64,000 nt of DNA from a virus. Within the stretch, counting starts at the first letter, position 1. Each line of letters starts with the position of its first letter. Made by a program: the position numbers and the translations under genes. This document shows positions 30,022 through 38,649 of the stretch, one piece after another. The notes under the pieces are model-generated. The model saw only the letters and a program-made list of their open reading frames with translations. It was not told the origin of the DNA and searched no databases. The DNA lies in IMG/VR virus record IMGVR_UViG_3300025012_000079, positions 4,081 through 68,080 of that record; one strand, written 5' to 3'.

Positions 30022-30324
30022 CTAGTTTAAATTTTGAAACTGCCTCTTGATTAACTCTATTTGAGCTGCTGAAAGTTTGCCAAGCAAGTCTGTTGCATTC
30101 TTGGTTGGATCAGCCAGCATCTTCTTGCCTTTCTTTGTTCCAGAGTTCTTAGAGATGTTCTTCATGGCAGACTTGGTAATCTTTTGAGACTTAACAAGTG
30201 CTGCATTCAGCGCAGATGTTCGCATAGTCCGAACGCGTTCAATCAGTCTGGCTTGCTCTGGATAAGACATTTCTAAGAATGATCGGCAGTAAATACGATC
30301 CATTAGTGGCATAATTTGCTCCAT
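30022..30324 (-). CDS. Basic hypothetical protein
   Basis: Packed ORF. Confidence 0.55.
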   Translation of the reverse strand: MEQIMPLMDRIYCRSFLEMSYPEQARLIERVRTMRTSALNAALVKSQKITKSAMKNISKNSGTKKGKKMLADPTKNATDLLGKLSAAQIELIKRQFQNLN

Positions 30325-30566
30325 TAAAATGGATAAACTTCTAACTTAGAAAAGATTCTATTGAAATCTTCCTTTGACATCCAGTAAGAAATTGATTTAA
30401 TTCCTTCCATAAAACCTTTAAGCATTTCTTCTGGAGTCATATCGTCAGTAGATGTAATAACTCCATATCCTGGGGCATAAATAGTAAGTTCTAATCTATT
30501 AGACATTTCACCGATAGACACTTCTGTTCCTTTTGAATCTGTTAATATTATATATTCAGATCCCAT
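30324..30566 (-). CDS. Hypothetical protein
   Basis: GAGGAG RBS. Confidence 0.5.
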   Translation of the reverse strand: MGSEYIILTDSKGTEVSIGEMSNRLELTIYAPGYGVITSTDDMTPEEMLKGFMEGIKSISYWMSKEDFNRIFSKLEVYPF

Positions 30567-30578
30567 AACTATTCTCCT

Positions 30579-30797
30579 CTATTCCTCAATTCCAGGCAAA
30601 GTTAATGCCTTTCCCTTGTACATATAATCAAGAATCTCATTCAGCTTGCCCCCATTAATGATGCTTTTCAGCGAAAGGAATATTTGCCTGAACAGTTTTG
30701 TCTGCTGTCCATGATGGAAGTGTTCCTGGACTTGTTCATACAAGTCTTTATCTATTCGTGCAGTTACTTTACATTCTTCTTTAAGCATTTTGTTCAC
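30579..30797 (-). CDS. Possible ribbon-helix-helix DNA-binding protein
   Basis: KVTARIDKDLYEQV strand-helix pattern. Confidence 0.45.
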   Translation of the reverse strand: MNKMLKEECKVTARIDKDLYEQVQEHFHHGQQTKLFRQIFLSLKSIINGGKLNEILDYMYKGKALTLPGIEE

Positions 30798-30816
30798 CGT
30801 AATAAGTTAAAAAGAA

Positions 30817-31026
30817 TTAAACTTCTATATAGTTATCTTCAAAAAACTTTTTTGCAACATACCATTTATCATTTGGATTATTTGGATTAATTGCAATCAT
30901 TCCTCCTTCTTCTGGAGTATCTTCAGGACTAACTGAAATACCTGCTAAATCTTCTCCAAGTATATATGGGCGCATAGGCTGAACATTCTTTTTTCTGTAA
31001 TTTTTAAATTGGCTACGATTTTCCAT
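30817..31026 (-). CDS. Small phage protein
   Basis: AGGAG RBS; YRKK..PMRPY..WYVAKKFFEDNY. Confidence 0.55.
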   Translation of the reverse strand: MENRSQFKNYRKKNVQPMRPYILGEDLAGISVSPEDTPEEGGMIAINPNNPNDKWYVAKKFFEDNYIEV

Positions 31027-31027
31027 T

Positions 31028-32794
31028 TTAATTTTGCTCCTTTTGCAGTAATGTAAAAAGTTGTTCCTCAGTTATTTGAGGGATGTTGTAACGAGTTGCC
31101 TTTTCTATCTTGGTTCTGCCTGGCTCAGTACCAATGACTAAGTAATTTGTTTCCCTTGTTACTCCAGATGAAAATTCATATCCATAACCATTCAAAATTT
31201 CTACCATAGTCTCTCGTGACTGGCTTAATGATCCTGTAATGCAATAAATTGCTTTCGCTTCACTAGGGAGTGCTGCAAAAGAGAAGTTTTTCATCTCTTT
31301 AATTGCTTTAGTATAAATAGTAGCTGCTTCAATAAAGCTGCGTTTGGCATTATCAGTTATGTGAATGTTAATCTGGCCGGTCTTTAAATATTGACAAAGC
31401 CGCAGAGATGACTTATAAGCTAATCCTGGTAAGCCAAGTCCAGCTACAAAGTGTGCCATTGTGCATTGATTATTCATTGAAAATACTTGCTCAGCGATGT
31501 TGCTATAAATTGTTACTCCGATTGTATTTATTATGTCTGGTACAAGATCATAGCTAAGCGGATCAAGTAAGGCCCAAGGCTTGGTGCTAAGAACTGAATA
31601 ACATTTTTCATTCTGAAGTAGTTTTTCTATAATGCCTTCGCCAACTCCGTCGATTTTTATTCCCTTTTGAGAATAGAAATATGCAATAGATACGATCAAC
31701 TTAGCTATGCAGTTGTTTCCATTACATACAAGATGTACTCCCGCAAACTGAAGAATTTCATTACATTTTGGACATTTTTTTGGAAGTTGTTCTAATGTAA
31801 GATGTTCATAAGAATTTTTTACTTCTATAATTTTTGGAATAATCTCACCTGCTTTACCCACAGATATAATTGCTCCAGAATGTATTTTCTTTTTAATAAG
31901 CCACTCTGCATTATTACCTGTTACTCGATTATTAGTTGTGCCACAAAGCTCGATTGATTCATAAACAACTGTTGGTATTGCCCTGCCGAGCCGTGATATA
32001 TTCCATTCAATATTAACAACTTTTGTTTCCTTGACTTGGATAGGAGGCTTCCAAGCTATACTCCAGTTATTGGTCTGACCATTATTACCGGCAACCAGCC
32101 TAACTTTTTCATCTGCAACCTTGATCATCAAGCCATCCATAGGATAGATCTTTGACCAGTTACTATATGTCTCAAGTAGAAATTCTCCCATAGCTTCTAA
32201 GCTACCGGAGTAGGTATACTCTTCGAATAGGTTGCCATGATTATGTGGGATCGCTGTCATCATTGCAGAAGGCTTGTCATATTTGCGGTCTAGCCAGCCA
32301 GCAACTACATTACGCGGGTTGGCTCCATAGGATGGATTCCACTCGCTCAGAGGGATAAGAATCTCGACTGGTTGGAAATGCCTAAGCTGGAATGGAAACG
32401 TAATGTATGGCATTAAGTGAGTTATATCTCGTCCACATCTACCATCGCCTTCAAGAGTTATGTTTATTCCAGTATCTGTAAGTGTTACAACTGCTGCACA
32501 GCCATCGTATTTGGGCTCAATCTGAAGTTTGTAACTGCCAAACCTTGTAAGAAACGGTTTAAGATCGAGCATGTTAAATGCTTTGTTCGTTCCATAGATT
32601 GGGTGCTTATGCCAGGCTTTGCCTGTAAGAGCAGTCCGGCCTTGCGCGGTATGGTAAAGGATATTATTATGTGGGTCTATTGCATAAAGTTGTTGCCAAA
32701 GCAAATCATATTCAGAGTCTGTCATGAATGGTATGCCAGATGCATAGGCCATGTTTGCTTGGGAGATTTCTTTTATGAGTTGTTCATGAGTCAT
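31028..32794 (-). CDS. ligA: NAD-dependent DNA ligase
   Basis: DSEYD, EPKYDG, DGLMIK, IAWK, GEIIPKI, C4 zinc finger, C-terminal BRCT. Confidence 0.92.
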   Translation of the reverse strand: MTHEQLIKEISQANMAYASGIPFMTDSEYDLLWQQLYAIDPHNNILYHTAQGRTALTGKAWHKHPIYGTNKAFNMLDLKPFLTRFGSYKLQIEPKYDGCAAVVTLTDTGINITLEGDGRCGRDITHLMPYITFPFQLRHFQPVEILIPLSEWNPSYGANPRNVVAGWLDRKYDKPSAMMTAIPHNHGNLFEEYTYSGSLEAMGEFLLETYSNWSKIYPMDGLMIKVADEKVRLVAGNNGQTNNWSIAWKPPIQVKETKVVNIEWNISRLGRAIPTVVYESIELCGTTNNRVTGNNAEWLIKKKIHSGAIISVGKAGEIIPKIIEVKNSYEHLTLEQLPKKCPKCNEILQFAGVHLVCNGNNCIAKLIVSIAYFYSQKGIKIDGVGEGIIEKLLQNEKCYSVLSTKPWALLDPLSYDLVPDIINTIGVTIYSNIAEQVFSMNNQCTMAHFVAGLGLPGLAYKSSLRLCQYLKTGQINIHITDNAKRSFIEAATIYTKAIKEMKNFSFAALPSEAKAIYCITGSLSQSRETMVEILNGYGYEFSSGVTRETNYLVIGTEPGRTKIEKATRYNIPQITEEQLFTLLQKEQN

Positions 32795-32797
32795 AAC

Positions 32798-33037
32798 TTA
32801 TTTCTCCTTATCTGGCCAATCAAGGCTATTAGCATAATCTATAGCTGCTTTAGTAGAATTTTCAATTTCAGTATCTATTTTATTAGAAATTTCTACTGTA
32901 ACTCTGAGATTACCAGTATCGTGATTAAAAACAACTTTACGATTATGATTATTGGTAAACAGCCACTTTAGATAAGATTGTTCAAAATCAGTTTCTGGAA
33001 GTATTGTTACACCATTTACTATCGACTTTATTTCCAT
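32798..33037 (-). CDS. Hypothetical protein
   Basis: GGGAG RBS. Confidence 0.5.
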   Translation of the reverse strand: MEIKSIVNGVTILPETDFEQSYLKWLFTNNHNRKVVFNHDTGNLRVTVEISNKIDTEIENSTKAAIDYANSLDWPDKEK

Positions 33038-33199
33038 TGATTCTCCCTTAAGAGATATTTATCTTTGCTAAACATTAATATTTTAGCAGATTAATTCTTA
33101 GTAAAGATAAATAAAAATAAAAGTTGTCGTTCAAATACTTGCGAACCATTCAACAGGTTGTTCATAAGTGAACGACAAGTTTTATTTGTTAAAATAAAT

Positions 33200-33269
33200 G
33201 GGGGCCTCGCCAGAGAATAATAGCTGAATCTACTATTCCCTGACTAAAATATTCCCCCGACCGCGAGGT
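33200..33269 (-). ncRNA. Candidate pseudoknotted structured RNA
   Basis: CCTCGC/GCGAGG and GGGGG/CCCCC interleaved around a 13-bp hairpin with G-U pairs on the minus strand. Confidence 0.4.
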
Positions 33270-33592
33270 TGTCACCAATAATACAGTTGAAGTGTGCACC
33301 TTCATTCAGTTTACCATATTATGGTCAAGAACTTTCTTGCTTAATCCAATATCTTGTAGGCGTCACATCAGCGCCTCGTTCAGAATGACATTGTTCCGGC
33401 AATGCCAGACCTAGCTAACTGAAAGTGGTAACTAGACTCTAATATCGAATTAAACTTGATCATAAATCTCCTTAGTTAAAATGAGTGGATAGTCTGTAGT
33501 TTCGTATCACTTAATCTCAGCCTCGGTTAGACATCACGGCCAGGTTCTACTGGTAGCAGACTGTTTACCTATTCCACTCATAACTTTATTAA

Positions 33593-34015
33593 TTAAACTA
33601 CTCTTGCAATTTCATTTCTCGGCTGACCAACTCGAACCGGATTACCATCATCGTCTGTGCTCATGCCATCGTTATAACTGAGTTCAGCCGTAAAATTGAG
33701 GCCGACCAAATCAGATTCGTCAGTTTCCTGGTCTGGATCAAGCCCAAGTGCACGGAGAAAATCTTTTACCATTCTCCACATTAGGTTGTTTTTTTCCTCA
33801 TCATCGCCCTGATAATCTTTGTAGTTACCATACCAGAGAGTGTGAAAAATAGTTGATGCATTATCCTCTCCGTCAATGTTAATAATCAGCTGACAACCAT
33901 ATCTGCCAGTTCGCTGAGACTTGGTCTCTTTGACCTTAGAGATAGTCAAGTCATACTCGCCAGCTTCAATGGGTGCTTTGTCAGGAATTTCGGACAGATT
34001 AGGAATCATAGACAT
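33593..34015 (-). CDS. Putative single-stranded DNA-binding protein (DUF669-like)
   Basis: GEYDLTI..VK..KS..G, FLRALG, LVG..F, RNEI; downstream of Sak4-like gene. Confidence 0.65.
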   Translation of the reverse strand: MSMIPNLSEIPDKAPIEAGEYDLTISKVKETKSQRTGRYGCQLIINIDGEDNASTIFHTLWYGNYKDYQGDDEEKNNLMWRMVKDFLRALGLDPDQETDESDLVGLNFTAELSYNDGMSTDDDGNPVRVGQPRNEIARVV

Positions 34016-34141
34016 AGTTAGTACTCCTTTAAATTGATTTTTTTTTTGCTGCTTGATCAAAGAACTATTCTTCGATCAAAAGTTAGTTGATTTGATTTAA
34101 TTGTTAGTTTTTGTTTTCGCTGTCTTGTTTTCTCCTTTTAT

Positions 34142-34345
34142 TTATTTTTGATTTTTTTGGTTAACGTATTCATCTGTATTAGGCTTTTTGCCTGTGACCG
34201 TTACTACAAAGTCAAGCTCTCCTTCTGAGTTTACTGAAATAGAATTAAAAATTGCACTCATAAATTGATCTTTATCTACATACTCATCATTAATGTCAAA
34301 ACATATAATGTCGTTATAACTTTTTGGTTTGAATCCAATTTTCAT
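34142..34345 (-). CDS. Hypothetical protein
   Basis: AAAGGAG RBS. Confidence 0.55.
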   Translation of the reverse strand: MKIGFKPKSYNDIICFDINDEYVDKDQFMSAIFNSISVNSEGELDFVVTVTGKKPNTDEYVNQKNQK

Positions 34346-34376
34346 AATTAAAACTCCTTTAATTAATCTAATTTAA

Positions 34377-34820
34377 TTACTCATTCACATTAGCAATCAT
34401 TGCAGCTTCGAAATGCTTTGTAAAGTTATCTAAAAAATAATTTTTCTTCCGAATCAAATCTTCTACTTCCTTCTCCTTTGCTGCAATTTCACGATCCATC
34501 TTGACAATAACATCACTCTTATTAAAGATCAGGTCTGATTCACGACATGGGGCAATGTCAACTTCTTTTGAATCACTATTAAAATATACAAACTTAATAG
34601 ATGCTTCATTGTAGCTAATTTTGAGATAAGCTACAGTAATGGTTGGCAAATCTTTGAAGTTATCAAATCCTACAATGATGCCAGGACATACAACTTTTTC
34701 AGCATATTCTTTGATTAGAACATTTACCTTAGCCCCGATTCTGTACTCGGAAATAATTTTCGCACTGCTCATATCAACTTCAAACTTTACACCATTAATT
34801 TCCACGATTTGCTTTTCCAT
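34377..34820 (-). CDS. Hypothetical phage protein
   Basis: AAAGGAG RBS, 147 aa. Confidence 0.65.
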   Translation of the reverse strand: MEKQIVEINGVKFEVDMSSAKIISEYRIGAKVNVLIKEYAEKVVCPGIIVGFDNFKDLPTITVAYLKISYNEASIKFVYFNSDSKEVDIAPCRESDLIFNKSDVIVKMDREIAAKEKEVEDLIRKKNYFLDNFTKHFEAAMIANVNE

Positions 34821-34847
34821 AATTAAAACTCCTTTAATTAAGCTGAT

Positions 34848-35057
34848 TTATCTATCTTCATTGAAGTCAATTACTTTCATATCTTTGACAGTTTCGTCAA
34901 CAAAGCCATTTACTACTGGATCTGATTGAAGATTAATAACAGTTATTTTTATTTTTCCACGATGATGCATTCCTTCACATAATGAATTAGCCATTTGATG
35001 CGCTAAGTTTACATCAGAATCAGCTTCATAAATTATAAGACGTGAGATTCTTGGCAT
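34848..35057 (-). CDS. Hypothetical protein
   Basis: GAGGT RBS. Confidence 0.5.
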   Translation of the reverse strand: MPRISRLIIYEADSDVNLAHQMANSLCEGMHHRGKIKITVINLQSDPVVNGFVDETVKDMKVIDFNEDR

Positions 35058-35073
35058 AATAACATACCTCTAG

Positions 35074-35880
35074 TTAAGCTGAAATTGCTTGTGGAATAAC
35101 TGTTTTGCCTGCCAAATATGCTGCTGCCAGCTGATCCATTGAAATGCCTTCAACCTTTGGCATATCAAACACTCGAGACTTTGCTTCAAATGCAAGTTTT
35201 TCTGTAAAGAATATCTGCCTCTTAGTTCCTTGTGTCGTCAGCAAGTAGGCTTCGTCAAAATCAGCAGCCAATAACTGCCTGAATTGCCCATTTACTGCTG
35301 GATATCTTGCTACTACTTTTTGATCAGAATTCATGAGCGTGTGCAGATGGACTGTGACTGCAACTGCACAAGGAAGTTCCTGGAGTGAACTTACCAAAGT
35401 ACTCATCCAGTTCAATAATTGGCCCCAATGAGCAGGTGACATGCCCATCTTCATGTCGATCTTTTTACCGATGCCGCTTGGAGTAATACCAGACTTCTTT
35501 TCAATTTCATGGATTGCCTTCTTGTTTGCATTAGTAAGTGAGTCCAGAACTAACATGCCTGACTGTTCCTTCAGCCACTGGAATAAACCATTCTTTTCAT
35601 CCTCCTGGAATGTCCGCCAAAAATCGGAAAAGAGCAAAGAGTCAGCGGAAAAGTTATCAATTGTAATGTCATTCCTGCTGCCCATGATTTTTTCAACTGT
35701 TTTTTCACCTCCCTTATCAAAAAGATAATAATGAAGCGGGCCTTTAGTATATGTTGCCGTGAAGTGAGTCTTCCCTGAACCTGAGTTTCCAGTCAGCAAG
35801 AATTTGAGGTTAAAATATCGTTTCTTCTCAACTAACTTTGTCTTGTTGAAATTTGGTGGTGTCGCTACTTGTGGGTTCAT
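35074..35880 (-). CDS. Sak4-like (AAA_24) ATPase / annealing protein
   Basis: GNSGSGKT, LVLDSLT, WG, AKSR; between nuclease and SSB genes. Confidence 0.75.
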   Translation of the reverse strand: MNPQVATPPNFNKTKLVEKKRYFNLKFLLTGNSGSGKTHFTATYTKGPLHYYLFDKGGEKTVEKIMGSRNDITIDNFSADSLLFSDFWRTFQEDEKNGLFQWLKEQSGMLVLDSLTNANKKAIHEIEKKSGITPSGIGKKIDMKMGMSPAHWGQLLNWMSTLVSSLQELPCAVAVTVHLHTLMNSDQKVVARYPAVNGQFRQLLAADFDEAYLLTTQGTKRQIFFTEKLAFEAKSRVFDMPKVEGISMDQLAAAYLAGKTVIPQAISA

Positions 35881-35934
35881 TTAAAACTCCTTTAAATGAC
35901 TGTTAATAAAGAAATTACTTTTTTAATTCTTCAC

Positions 35935-36405
35935 TTAAGGTAATAAGTGAATTTTTGGATTCCTTTGAGGTGACTCAAAGCTTCCAAGTCTTACTGTTAC
36001 TTGTACAAGCCAATTATCTGGAGCATTATTGTCAGGTGCATTTTTTCCTGCTTCAAACCATCCAGGATCTTTATTATTTTCTTCTTTAGCTTCTGGTCTA
36101 CGCCTCCATATTACCAAATCTCCTGGATTCCATGCTTTTTGAACATCATTCCACACATGTTTAAATAGGGTATAAACAATAGCAAGATCTGACAGTCTCC
36201 CTTTAGTTACATACCCAAAAACAACATGATAAATATTTTTAATTGATCCATCATCCATTTCAAAACTTTCATACGCCTTATTTGACATTACTGGATATAC
36301 AAAATATTGATTGGCAATTTTTTGTTCCAAATCTTGTATCATTGTACCAATATGAAAATTATCAATTTTTTGTGGATCATCAAGTATTGGAATAATTAAT
36401 TTCAT
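35935..36405 (-). CDS. Hypothetical protein
   Basis: AAAGGA RBS, 156 aa. Confidence 0.55.
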   Translation of the reverse strand: MKLIIPILDDPQKIDNFHIGTMIQDLEQKIANQYFVYPVMSNKAYESFEMDDGSIKNIYHVVFGYVTKGRLSDLAIVYTLFKHVWNDVQKAWNPGDLVIWRRRPEAKEENNKDPGWFEAGKNAPDNNAPDNWLVQVTVRLGSFESPQRNPKIHLLP

Positions 36406-36563
36406 AATTAAAAATCCTTTATATGTTATTATTAACTTAATATATGCATATCTATATATAAATTAATACGTATAATAATAAGTATTATAAATAAACTTAA
36501 TGTTATTCCAGACATTAAAATAATAATGTAATTAATCATTTAAAACTCCTTTAAATGAATTAA

Positions 36564-37115
36564 TTAGGCTTTCTTGTAATCCAAAACTAGCTTAACAAGT
36601 TCAGGATCAGCCTCTATGATTTTAATTAACTGTTTTAAATTTTCAGTTAGCTTTTCCAGACTCCAATTGTTAATTTTTGTAAGTTTTTCCTCAACAGCAG
36701 AGAGTTTTTCTATATGAGTTTTGATACTCTCAGAGGTTGAAAGCATCTTATCTTTAAAACGTTTTTCTGTATCTGAGAACTTCTTTTCAATCTCTTCATA
36801 CTTAGTCTCTGCTTCGTTAGAAATAGTTGAGAGAATTTCGTATGCTTTGTCAGCATGAACTTTTGCTTGAACAGCCATATCGTCCATACTTTCAAGAACT
36901 GTCTGAATCTCTCGTTTCTGTGCTTCAGCAATGGTTAGGATTAATTTATCTGGTTCAAGAACAGCAGCTTCTTTTTTGAGATATTCTACAAGACTTTCAG
37001 AGAGCTTACATTCAAGCATTTTATCATCTGCAAGATTGCTTTTGATATTGATACTGTTCTTGTCTCTCCAAGAATCTCCAGGTTCAATTCTGTAAGATAT
37101 GGTGAATGTTTGCAT
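36564..37115 (-). CDS. Coiled-coil hypothetical protein
   Basis: AAAGGAG RBS, 183 aa. Confidence 0.6.
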   Translation of the reverse strand: MQTFTISYRIEPGDSWRDKNSINIKSNLADDKMLECKLSESLVEYLKKEAAVLEPDKLILTIAEAQKREIQTVLESMDDMAVQAKVHADKAYEILSTISNEAETKYEEIEKKFSDTEKRFKDKMLSTSESIKTHIEKLSAVEEKLTKINNWSLEKLTENLKQLIKIIEADPELVKLVLDYKKA

Positions 37116-37307
37116 TTAAAACTCCTTTAAATGATAGTAATCTTAGACTTCACTCAACCTTTGTTTAGCATTTCTTTAAAACATTTTAAATCTCCAACCT
37201 TATCTACCAATTATAATTATCAGTAAACACTACTACTAAAATAATAATAATTGCTGCAATTGCCATAGTAATGTAAAATCCTTTTGCAGTTCCTGGAAAT
37301 AACATAA

Positions 37308-38279
37308 TTACACCTCCATCAATCTCTGTTTAGTCTTTGCCTCGTGGAGTTCCGGGTCCCATTCAGAATAAATAAAACCTTGAGGCGCCTTTTCCATCCA
37401 ATGAAGCGGATTATTTCGGAGCCGACAAAGATCGTAATAAGGACAAACTGAGCTAAAAGTCGTACAAGCATAGCCTGGATTCCTGTGGAAGGATTGCAAT
37501 ACATCCGAGCGTTCTCGGCAGTTGATTTTATCTTCTTCAAGTAGGTTTAAGTTATGCTGAATCTCATTTGCATAATGACAAAGATCAGACAGGAAGTGTT
37601 CAATCGCAGCGGATCGTTTGTTGATCGTAATTGGGACGAAGTCAATCTTGCTTTTCTGGCAAAGAGCTACACGATAAGTAATGGTTGGGATTTTATCATA
37701 AAAAATTCTGCCAGCGGTTAAGTAACCGTCTGACTGGAATGACATTTCAAAAGTTTGTGGTGTCGTAGAGTAGATAGCTTTAGCGGTTTTATGGTCGAGA
37801 ATATCGATTCCGTTGTCACCGCTGGAAAAGATTAAGTCAATGCGGCCAATATAATTTGGCAGCTTCAAGCCTTTTACAGATAGGTCAATAGAAAATGGTG
37901 CTTCAACAGCCAGGATGGAACGATTTTTTACATCACTTACGAGAAAGCGATCCCAATAACCCTTGTACATGTTAGCTGCATGTCCGGGAGACTTTGGGAA
38001 AATTGCATCTTCATTCTTCCAAAATGGTTCGCCGTCAAGCTTCCAGAGCTTATGGAATGCTTTGATAGAGATTTCAGTTGCATCAAGAACAGATGGTGAA
38101 GAATCCTTAATTAAGATGTTATAAGTAGCTTCTAGGCCGTAATGCCAGCAGCTTCCAAACACAAGATGAATGGATTGTCCGGCTGGTTTGAGGTTCATTA
38201 CATATTGAAAAAGGAACCTGCGTGGACACGTGAGATAGGTTGATAATGCACTGTAGTCTATTTTTTCGTAAAAATTCAT
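37308..38279 (-). CDS. PD-(D/E)xK exonuclease (RecB/Cas4-like)
   Basis: YS..CPRRF, FGSCWH, VE..GRIDLI..DHKT, Q..Y, C-terminal Cys cluster. Confidence 0.85.
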   Translation of the reverse strand: MNFYEKIDYSALSTYLTCPRRFLFQYVMNLKPAGQSIHLVFGSCWHYGLEATYNILIKDSSPSVLDATEISIKAFHKLWKLDGEPFWKNEDAIFPKSPGHAANMYKGYWDRFLVSDVKNRSILAVEAPFSIDLSVKGLKLPNYIGRIDLIFSSGDNGIDILDHKTAKAIYSTTPQTFEMSFQSDGYLTAGRIFYDKIPTITYRVALCQKSKIDFVPITINKRSAAIEHFLSDLCHYANEIQHNLNLLEEDKINCRERSDVLQSFHRNPGYACTTFSSVCPYYDLCRLRNNPLHWMEKAPQGFIYSEWDPELHEAKTKQRLMEV

Positions 38280-38307
38280 TTGAGAAATCCTCTCGTTGAA
38301 CTTAATG

Positions 38308-38344
38308 AAAAAGTGGGGCTATAAGATATCCTTCCTATAGCCCC
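38308..38344 (-). terminator. Intrinsic terminator closing the RNA operon
   Basis: GGGGCTATAG...TTATAGCCCC followed by ACTTTTT on the minus strand. Confidence 0.8.
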
Positions 38345-38396
38345 GGGATTGTTTTCGTATACAAACGAAATTTTCCTAGGATAATATTTTCATTTA

Positions 38397-38550
38397 ATAT
38401 CAGATGTTAAACTAAATACTTGCCACTCTACCACTGAGTTACCTTGCCTTAATTAATAAGATAAATACATTTAGTTGTTATTTACCTTATCAATGGAGGC
38501 AAGAATAGGAATTGAACCTATGACTGCAAGTTATATTTTAGATCTGATAT
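38397..38550 (-). ncRNA. Circularly permuted tRNA-like RNA (YrlA/Y-RNA-like)
   Basis: T arm ATAGG-TTCAATT-CCTAT plus TCTTGCC-T-CCA comes first; GGCAAGG-TA-ACTC-AGTGGTA-GAGT-G-GCAAGT follows a linker hairpin; ends pair as ATATCAGAT/ATCTGATAT. Confidence 0.8.
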
Positions 38551-38649
38551 AAACTAATAATTATTTCCTCTATGGAACATACTGAAGGGTCAATAAACTT
38601 TTGCCATATATACTCTACTGATGACTCTACTAACACTGGCCCTTATAAA

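Noticed and set aside
33481-33581. Hammerhead ribozyme or TPP riboswitch (CTGAGA..GAAA, GAACCTG)
   Set aside because: The CUGANGA core is incomplete with no credible stem II, and the TPP-like words are in the wrong order
34343-37134. CRISPR array or integron attC sites
   Set aside because: The repeats are RBS/start junctions separated by whole genes; no cas operon or integron integrase is present
37308-38279. cas4 as part of a CRISPR system
   Set aside because: A stand-alone phage PD-(D/E)xK exonuclease in the usual Sak4-SSB recombination module
38418-38531. Prophage att site or tRNA split by integration
   Set aside because: The halves are in permuted order only 45 nt apart with a paired linker; no integrase or host flank is present
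38397-38550. Two-piece (permuted) tmRNA
   Set aside because: It has a paired D stem and lacks the G3-U70/A73 alanine identity; no tag reading frame or pseudoknots are evident before the terminator
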